Shown piece after piece: positions 54,841 to 64,000 of a stretch of 64,000 nucleotides of DNA. The first letter of the stretch is position 1. Each line of letters starts with the position of its first letter. This DNA is from Eledone cirrhosa (taxonomy: Eukaryota). Below the pieces are notes generated by a model. That model was not told the origin of the DNA. It did no database searches and saw only the letters and a program-made list of their open reading frames with translations. The position numbers and the translations under genes are program-made. Where the stretch lies: the NCBI GenBank assembly GCA_964016885.1, contig OZ024741.1:287556001-287620000 (forward strand), written 5' to 3'.

Positions 54841-55469
54841 CTTCTCTCTTGATATATATATATATATGTGTGTGTGTGTATGTATATATGTGTGTGTGTG
54901 TGTGGTAATATTGGGGTTTTCCAATATAGATCCTGGTAAAGATGAGAGAAACTCCATGTTATGCAGTTTTTTTTATCCAGCACTAATTCAAAACCGGCTG
55001 AGAATGTTCTCAGTCGTTGGCGATTATATTGTAGACTTAGTCTACTGGCTGCAGAGCTCAACATTTATAAATAGAGAGAGAATAACCAAGTTTTATGTAA
55101 AACATAATTTTAATTCTACAATCTTTCAATGAAGTGATTCCCTACCGATACATACGAGGTATCTGTCCCTTGGTCTATATGAGGTGTGTGAGATGGGGGG
55201 AATATTCATGTATAATCCGGTCCAGAGATGTGGTGGAGAAGGAGCTACCCGATGTCCCGAAATGTTTTGGTCAGAGCGAAAATCTGAAACTGAATGTGAT
55301 TGTAATAAGAGTCGAGCACTATGTATAATAGTTAAGATTATTGGATAAATTGTTCTTAGAGACGGGAAAAAGTGGACCGAAGCACAAACAAGGAATCGAA
55401 CCCCCTACCTCAAGTATACCGTGCGGCTGCGTTGTTATTTAGATGAAATAAGTACCCAGTTAATATATA

Positions 55470-55642
55470 CCGTATTTCCCGGCGCCGAAGACGCTTCGTC
55501 CCCGAGGCCGCACCCTAATTTTGACAACCAAAAATTTTAAGAAAAAAAATAATAAACAACCTTCGGCCTCCATGGCGCATGGTAGATTTTTGAGACTTAT
55601 TTTTAGGAAAAAAAGTAGCGTTTTCGACGCCGGGAAATACGA
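55470..55642. mobile_element. Tc1/pogo-type MITE
   Basis: TIRs ccgtatttcccggcgccgaagacgc / gcgttttcgacgccgggaaatacga with TA on both sides. Confidence 0.8.
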
Positions 55643-56039
55643 TAAGTATTTTTTAAGTTTTAGTACCAATAAATTCAAATGTACACATTGCTGCTGACCA
55701 CTTTTTTCGATATTGTCACTCAGTCGTCGTTGTTATCTGTGCAACTTACTGTTGTCATGTAGTCGTGAAAAGGTGAATACTGGGTTCAAATATGTGTTAC
55801 AGTCAAACATCAACGGGACAAATAAACTCACTCACACACACAATCAATGTTATTTTAGCTATGTAATTATTATTTAGGTGAACTCAGATCGTTAACGATT
55901 GAAATTTAAACTTGAAATTAATTCAACATGGCGCTTCTGATTTCCACTTCTTCGCCATTTTTCATGATATACATAATTTTAGTTTTACTATCGTTTTTAT
56001 TTTCCTTCTTTCTTTGTTAGTTTTTTCACCATATTATAT

Positions 56040-56094
<55 letters not shown>

Positions 56095-56194
56095 TTAGTT
56101 TTCTAGCAATGTCCTGACGTTTGTCTGAGGTTACATCATTTCGTATAGTGGAATATCAAAACCATGACAAAAATAACACAAACGGTAGCCATGC

Positions 56195-57030
56195 AACACT
56201 AACAATAACAACAACATCAATAGCAACAGCAACAGCAACGACAACTTTAGTAGCAGTATTAACAACGCGAAGAAAATAGAAGAATAAAAAAATAAGCAAT
56301 AACAACGTCAACCACACTACTAACAACTCCATCACCAGCACCACCATCACCGCCAACAGCAACAACAACAACGGCAACAACAATAGCAACAATTTCACCA
56401 CCACCACCACCACCAAGAACAACACCATCACCACCACCACCACCAAGAACAACACCATCACCATCACCACCATCACCGCCAACAACAACGGCAACAACAA
56501 TAGCAACAAGTTCACCACCACCACCACCAAGAACAACACCACCACCACCACCACCAAGAACAACACCATCACCACCATCACCGCCAACAACAATAGCAAC
56601 AAGTTCACCACCACCAGCAAGAGCAACACCATCACCATCACCACCATCACCGCCAACAACAACAACAATAGCAACAACTTCACCACCACCGCCACCACCA
56701 AGAACAACACCATCACCATCACCACCATCACCGCCAACAACAACGGCAACAACAATAACAACAAGTTCACCACCGCAGTCACAACCACCAACATCACTGC
56801 AAACAGCAGCATCACCACCACCACCACCACCACCACCACCATCACCACCAACATCACCACAAACAGCAGCACCGCCAACACCACCACCATCAACACCGCC
56901 ACCAACAACAACAGTCACCACCACTACCACGAAAGCCACCTCCACCCTAACACCAACACCACCACCATCATCACCGCCAGAAAATGAACAATAACAAAAA
57001 CAACAAATACAAAAATAACAATAATAGCAG
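56195..57030. repeat. Compound (ACC)/(AAC)/(ATC) triplet repeat with higher-order modules
   Basis: Module caccatcaccgccaacaac...aatagcaacaa.ttcaccaccacc...aagaacaacacc repeated about 5 times. Confidence 0.9.
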
Positions 57031-57057
57031 TGAGGACATTATCATCATTCCCAAATA

Positions 57058-57408
57058 ATTGTTTCTACCCAGTGCATTACTGGTACTTTATTTTATCGAC
57101 CCCCGTAACGATGAAAGGCAAAGTTAACCTCGGCAGGATTTGAACTCAGACCATAAAGGAACGTAAGTCTATGCGGCAAAGCATGGCGTACGACTCTCTA
57201 CTGATACTGCCAATTCACCGCCCAAAATAACAACAGCAACATCACTACAACAACAAATTGTAAAAAAAAAACATCAGTAATAATATATAACAGTTTCTGA
57301 TTTAGGCACAAGGCCAGCAATTCGGGGGAGGGAAGAGTCGATTAAATTGACCCTAGTGTGTAACTGGTACTTTATTTTATCGACCCCCGTAAGAATTAAA
57401 GGCAATGT
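57058..57408 (-). mobile_element. Two family A SINE copies (57058-57222, 57295-57408)
   Basis: Same core as 551-738. Confidence 0.8.
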
Positions 57409-57582
57409 GGCTTGCTATACGAAGCCATATCGGACATTATAATAGTTCCTTTATTTTTCCCGGAAGAAGAGATATTAATCTCGAAATATCAGGACATGTG
57501 AATAAATTAATGTAAATAAACAAGCCCTGTTTCTTATGACTTTCCGTCCAACCCGCATTGTCATGGCTTTCAAACTTCGAAT

Positions 57583-57688
<106 letters not shown>

Positions 57689-57754
57689 TGTGTGTGTGTG
57701 TGTTACATTACTTGCTTATATTCTACATATAGTATATGTATATATATATATATG

Positions 57755-57835
<81 letters not shown>

Positions 57836-58114
57836 ATAGATAGATATATATAAATTACACAATAATCAAAACTATGTTCAAAACATTTTATTACTGACAA
57901 TCGTTTCTTCCAAACTTTCGTTTAGATTCATCGGAGCACTAGCAAAGTTTGGACATATAATTAACTTCCTATTCAACTGAACAATCATATAACATGGATA
58001 TTAATGTTGTCATGAACAGTTTCATATTTACAGACTGGAGTGGAATGGGTTCAATCAGGGGTAACCACAATCAGTAAGGTGCTCAATACATTAGTAGTGT
58101 GTAAACATCATATT

Positions 58115-58238
58115 TAATGTAGAAATGGCTTTTACAGGACTAGAACTGTTTCACTAAAAAGAAATCACCAGGCTTTCCTGGTGATTTCTTTTGAATTAAT
58201 GAAACACTTCTAGTCCTGTAGAAGCCATTTCTATATTA
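58115..58238. repeat. Imperfect ~124-bp palindrome
   Basis: tagaaatggcttttacaggactagaa...aaatcaccagg cttt cctggtgattt...ttctagtcctgtagaagccatttcta. Confidence 0.85.
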
Positions 58239-59239
58239 TACATTATATATATATAGAGAGAGAGAGAGAGGGGGAAGAGAGAGAAAGAAGCAGAAGACAA
58301 ATACTAGAATAATACATATAACAACGAAAGTGATTCTCGACGTGGTTGCTCAACCTACTAAAAATAACAACCGAAGCAACCCTCAAATCATATGATAACG
58401 TCTTGAAAAAAGACGTTGACTTGGAAGAATGTAGTCTTAGATGTAGGGTGTTTGCGTCTGGAACGCCTATCACAATACGTCTGCTGAAGCAAGGCTGAAT
58501 TGGGACATGAAACCTAGGGAAAAACAATAACAATAATAACAGTATCAAATATTACAACAGTAACAATAACAACAATAAGAATAATAACATTAACGACAGT
58601 AAAATGTTGAATGTTTTCTAAGAGCATATTTTTTCCTCCGTATTAACTGTATAATTGATAGAATTATCTCCCAATATATTCGATTGTAAGCCAAGCCATG
58701 GCAAACGTGTATATTTTAGAGTTGAGCCAAATCAACAAACAACAATTTCATTACAGATAGGAGACCATTAATTTCAAACATTACATCGAACAAATACATT
58801 TCTATTTTGTAGATCAATTTACAATGTTTAGGGATATGTGTATGAATATATATATATGTATATGTGTGTGTCTGTGTTGCTGTGTCTGTGTCTGTGTGTC
58901 TGTGTGTGTCTGTGTGTGTCTGTGTCTGTGTGTGTGATTGTGTGTGTGTGTATGTGTGTGTGTGCGTCTGTGTGTGTCTGTGTATGTGAATGTGTGCGTG
59001 TGTGTGTATGTCTGTGTGTGTCTCGGTGTGTCTGTGCGTGTGTCTGTGTGTGTCTGTGTGTGTGTATATGTGTGTGTGTGGGGGTGTATTTTCATCCAAA
59101 ATGGCTGACTAAACAAATACGTGCTTTCTTTCTATAAATACCCCCTCACCACCCCCTTCCTTTTCTTACTTTCGTTTATCATTTTATTTATTCTTCTATT
59201 GCTCATCTTCCGATAAAGGAGTCCTAAATGTTAAGTCCT

Positions 59240-61747
59240 AAAACCAGTATGACTCTAAAAACCGGTTCGTCTGTGTGTTTACATACAGAATAGCTGGCCA
59301 CTCACAGTAAAGTGACCAGTGAAAAAACTTGGTACATCTACATATGTATACGTGTGTGTATTCATATACATACTAGTATTTCAGTATACATATATGGATG
59401 TACATCTTTAACTTAATTGTTTAAGCGTCAGTCATACAAAAGTGAGTTACAAACGAAACGAAATTTAATTTCGTTTCGTTATTTGTTTTTATCGTCTCCG
59501 TTGAACCGGTACTTACTCACACTCTATGCAAATTAGTCTGCCCACTACTAATTTTCATAGAAAAAGCATATAACGATATGTGCTTTTACGATTCTCTAGA
59601 GAGGCCGGAAGATAGGTAAATATTGCTGATGAGTTGTAACAACAACGAAACTAGTTCAATATTCCTTGTCTGGCTTTCTGGAGAATAGAGGAAAGGTGTT
59701 TCCTCAAAAACCAGTATGACTCTAAAAACCGGTTCGTCTGTGTGTTTACATACAGAATAGCTGGCCACTCACAGTAAAGTGACCAGTGAAAAAACTTGGT
59801 ACATCTACATATGTATACGTGTGTGTATTCATATACATACTAGTATTTCAGTATACATATATGGATGTACATCTTTAACTTAATTGTTTAAGCGTCAGTC
59901 ATACAAAAGTGAGTTACAAACGAAACGAAATTTAATTTCGTTTCGTTATTTGTTTTTATCGTCTCCGTTGAACCGGTACTTACTCACACTCTATGCAAAT
60001 TAGTCTGCCCACTACTAATTTTCATAGAAAAAGCATATAACGATATGTGCTTTTACGATTCTCTAGAGAGGCCGGAAGATAGGTAAATATTGCTGATGAG
60101 TTGTAACAACAACGAAACTAGTTCAATATTCCTTGTCTGGCTTTCTGGAGAATAGAGGAAAGGTGTTTCCTCAAAAACCAGTATGACTCTAAAAACCGGT
60201 TCGTCTGTGTGTTTACATACAGAATAGCTGGCCACTCACAGTAAAGTGACCAGTGAAAAAACTTGGTACATCTACATATGTATACGTGTGTGTATTCATA
60301 TACATACTAGTATTTCAGTATACATATATGGATGTACATCTTTAACTTAATTGTTTAAGCGTCAGTCATACAAAAGTGAGTTACAAACGAAACGAAATTT
60401 AATTTCGTTTCGTTATTTGTTTTTATCGTCTCCGTTGAACCGGTACTTACTCACACTCTATGCAAATTAGTCTGCCCACTACTAATTTTCATAGAAAAAG
60501 CATATAACGATATGTGCTTTTACGATTCTCTAGAGAGGCCGGAAGATAGGTAAATATTGCTGATGAGTTGTAACAACAACGAAACTAGTTCAATATTCCT
60601 TGTCTGGCTTTCTGGAGAATAGAGGAAAGGTGTTTCCTCAAAAACCAGTATGACTCTAAAAACCGGTTCGTCTGTGTGTTTACATACAGAATAGCTGGCC
60701 ACTCACAGTAAAGTGACCAGTGAAAAAACTTGGTACATCTACATATGTATACGTGTGTGTATTCATATACATACTAGTATTTCAGTATACATATATGGAT
60801 GTACATCTTTAACTTAATTGTTTAAGCGTCAGTCATACAAAAGTGAGTTACAAACGAAACGAAATTTAATTTCGTTTCGTTATTTGTTTTTATCGTCTCC
60901 GTTGAACCGGTACTTACTCACACTCTATGCAAATTAGTCTGCCCACTACTAATTTTCATAGAAAAAGCATATAACGATATGTGCTTTTACGATTCTCTAG
61001 AGAGGCCGGAAGATAGGTAAATATTGCTGATGAGTTGTAACAACAACGAAACTAGTTCAATATTCCTTGTCTGGCTTTCTGGAGAATAGAGGAAAGGTGT
61101 TTCCTCAAAAACCAGTATGACTCTAAAAACCGGTTCGTCTGTGTGTTTACATACAGAATAGCTGGCCACTCACAGTAAAGTGACCAGTGAAAAAACTTGG
61201 TACATCTACATATGTATACGTGTGTGTATTCATATACATACTAGTATTTCAGTATACATATATGGATGTACATCTTTAACTTAATTGTTTAAGCGTCAGT
61301 CATACAAAAGTGAGTTACAAACGAAACGAAATTTAATTTCGTTTCGTTATTTGTTTTTATCGTCTCCGTTGAACCGGTACTTACTCACACTCTATGCAAA
61401 TTAGTCTGCCCACTACTAATTTTCATAGAAAAAGCATATAACGATATGTGCTTTTACGATTCTCTAGAGAGGCCGGAAGATAGGTAAATATTGCTGATGA
61501 GTTGTAACAACAACGAAACTAGTTCAATATTCCTTGTCTGGCTTTCTGGAGAATAGAGGAAAGGTGTTTCCTCAAAAACCAGTATGACTCTAAAAACCGG
61601 TTCGTCTGTGTGTTTACATACAGAATAGCTGGCCACTCACAGTAAAGTGACCAGTGAAAAAACTTGGTACATCTACATATGTATACGTGTGTGTATTCAT
61701 ATACATACTAGTATTTCAGTATACATATATGGATGTACATCTTTAAC

Positions 61748-61753
<6 letters not shown>
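59240..61753 (+). mobile_element. 467-bp x 5.4 tandem array with one hammerhead per full unit (non-LTR retrozyme-like)
   Basis: Exact 467-bp period (ccagtatgactc at 59244, 59711, ...; identical 60-aa ORF five times); units look identical by eye; ends in (TA)n. Confidence 0.88.
59591..59686 (+). ncRNA. Type I hammerhead ribozyme with long bulged helix I (repeated at +467, +934, +1401, +1868)
   Basis: aatattg CTGATGA gttg taacaa caac GAAA ctag TT caatatt; helix I extends via agatagg/ccttgtct and attctctagagag(g)cc/ggctttctggagaat. Confidence 0.88.
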
Positions 61754-61790
<37 letters not shown>

Positions 61791-61797
<7 letters not shown>

Positions 61798-62872
61798 AAT
61801 TTATATCTAGTAACATTTATATACACACAGATGCATATCAATGCTAGCAAATATATAGGTTTTGTCTTATTAACAATGTGGTTCAATGCATGGGGTTGCA
61901 GAACAATAATATGAGAGACGTAAAATAAGAAAATTATAAAATTAACTTACTAAAAAATCACTTCCAACTAATTAGTTTCTGGAATGGAGTAAATATATTT
62001 TCCGAAGAAACATATCGAAAATCATTCCGTCATCAGGAAAGTCTTTTTCCGTATAGGTCTCCAGGCATAGCGAGGACACTGGAAACTTATTAAAAAAATA
62101 ATTCAGTGGAATGGAAATAGCAAAGCGTGGACTGGATTCCAAGCCATTGAGAAAATCACTGCCTCCTCGTCTGTGGCAGATTCAAAAAGAATCAATCACG
62201 TGACATCGAGGTCAATCAGTGGAAAGCGAGTGGTTATTAAGACAGCGGCCAGCTTACTACCATAGTAGCAGTCATGGCCAAATATTGCTCGACAAATGAA
62301 TTGGAGATAATTATAAGGAATTTATATCTAGTAACATTTATATTACGTCTCTCATATTATTGTTCTGCAACCCCATGCATTGAACCACATTGTTAATAAG
62401 ACAAAACCTATATATTTGCTAGCATTGATATGCATCTGTGTGTATATAAATGTTACTAGATATAAATTCCTTATAATTATCTCCAATTCATTTGTCGAGC
62501 AATATTTGGCCATGACTGCTACTATGGTAGTAAGCTGGCCGCTGTCTTAATAACCACTCGCTTTCCACTGATTGACCTCGATGTCACGTGATTGATTCTT
62601 TTTGAATCTGCCACAGACGAGGAGGCAGTGATTTTCTCAATGGCTTGGAATCCAGTCCACGCTTTGTTATTTCCATTCCACTGAATTATTTTTTTAATAA
62701 GTTTCCAGTGTCCTCGCTATGCCTGGAGACCTATACGGAAAAAGACTTTCCTGATGACGGAATGATTTTCTATGTGTTTCTTCGGAAAATATATTTACTC
62801 CATTCCAGAAACTAATTAGTTGGAAGTGATTTTTTAGTAAGTAAGTTAATTTTATAATTTTCTTATTTTACG

Positions 62873-62882
<10 letters not shown>
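61791..62882. mobile_element. Two inverted, circularly permuted copies of a ~521-525-bp element between (TA)n runs
   Basis: Left copy repeats its own start after 521 bp (taaggaatttatatctagtaacatttata at 61793 and 62314); right copy is the reverse complement with a different start (ttacgtctctcatat at 62343 and 62868). Confidence 0.88.
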
Positions 62883-62953
<71 letters not shown>

Positions 62954-63089
62954 TATATATGTATGTATTGATGTATGAAATTTACACACACACAAATATA
63001 TATATATGAACACATATATATATATGTGTAAGTATATATGCATATATGTATATGTGAGCATGAATATATATACGTATATATATATGCGC

Positions 63090-63162
<73 letters not shown>

Positions 63163-63513
63163 TATATATGAATGTATATATATAGTGTATTTTTCAATAC
63201 ACTGTATGCTTAATTAAAAGCATTTTGAAGACCTTCGCTATTGTTTTAAAGTTGTGACAATGTCACTTCAATTTTCAGCAAACAAGGGGAGATAAGCTGA
63301 CAGAGCTCTGTTTCGTACTTGTTGGTACTTATCAAAGCTCACCACTCCTCCTGTTTGCTGAAAATTATGAATGTTGGATTCTTATTACAGTAATATATAT
63401 ATATATATAATTAGAAAGTAAACAACACAATATAACTACTCCATTACCAAAGGTTTCAGGACCCTAGACAATATTATCATACGTCTAGTTCGCTCATCAT
63501 ATGAAATATTTAA

Positions 63514-63550
<37 letters not shown>

Positions 63551-63559
63551 AACTCTACT

Positions 63560-64000
63560 TTTTATAATCCTTCCGATAAGTCCTTCGACCTACGACGAGT
63601 CCACGCCACGACTTTAGCTTTTAACAAACGCACGCAATTGCCGTCACAGGTCGATGAACAAACAGAAGCACAATTTAGTATAGCTAGATCTAAACTTAGA
63701 AATATTATAGAACAGTATAGCAAAAAGCAAAATAGAATGGAGGCCCAGCAACTGGGAGAAAAATCTGCAAATGGCTTGCGTAAGCTCATGCAGCGCTCGC
63801 GTAATGGAAGATTGTATGTTTTCCAACAGAGAAGTCTGGCAGAATGTCGGTTGACAGTCTGTCAAACTACATCCAGGCAATGCAACCCCACATCACTAAT
63901 ACAAGAGAAGTAACACCACAAGAGCATGAAGATAGGGAGAAATCCCTCAATGCCCATATGATGATGTGGACAAACATAATGCAGCCTAACAAAAGGACTG
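63560..64000 (+). pseudogene. Probable Penelope-like ORF fragment (region upstream of the RT core)
   Basis: ..GLRKL..R..NG.LYVF then, after a frameshift, TEKSGRMSV.S..NY..AM.PH, resembling the (T)DK(S)G motif before PLE RT; truncated by window end. Confidence 0.5.

Noticed and set aside
55375-55432. Reverse B-box (ggaatcgaacc) as a tRNA gene
   Set aside because: Isolated motif, most likely a SINE remnant
56156-56945. 251-aa and 228-aa Val/Leu- or Gly-rich ORFs
   Set aside because: Triplet-repeat low complexity, open in several frames, with no splice or domain evidence
59678-59722. Possible second hammerhead per unit (CTGGAGA...hairpin...AAAAACCAGTA)
   Set aside because: Both core halves are non-canonical, and CTGGAGA is better explained as the 3' strand of extended helix I
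59586-61636. Five identical 60-aa ORFs on the minus strand
   Set aside because: A consequence of the tandem repeat: non-ATG start, no recognisable motif, and antisense to the ribozyme
59240-61753. CRISPR-like array, or 5S/snRNA/histone tandem gene cluster
   Set aside because: No unique spacers, eukaryotic context, and no recognisable 5S, snRNA, tRNA or histone sequence in the unit

Overview
Animal genomic DNA with no recognisable host-gene exon. It is AT-rich and full of (TA)n, (CA)n, (CATA)n and triplet microsatellites. The repeat content resembles an octopus/coleoid mollusc genome, though that is only an inference. Most of the interpretable sequence is nested mobile DNA: several Penelope-like elements (RT plus GIY-YIG), an R4/Dong-like restriction-endonuclease LINE whose copies all sit in (CATA)n tracts, Tx1/L1, RTE and CRE LINE fragments, a Helitron with both termini, an internally deleted mariner, hAT and pogo MITEs, and tRNA-derived SINEs. 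The most notable signal is a layer of non-coding RNA elements. (1) A 467-bp x 5.4 tandem array (59240-61753) carries an intact type I hammerhead ribozyme in each of its five full units, like a non-LTR retrozyme. (2) A neighbouring ~521-bp element appears as two opposite-orientation, circularly permuted, terminally redundant copies, as expected from a circular or concatemeric template. (3) About a dozen further intact or decayed hammerhead motifs lie in islands, mostly next to (TA)n runs. (4) There are many long palindromes, several centred on or ending in (AT)n. All calls were made by eye and no database searches were run.
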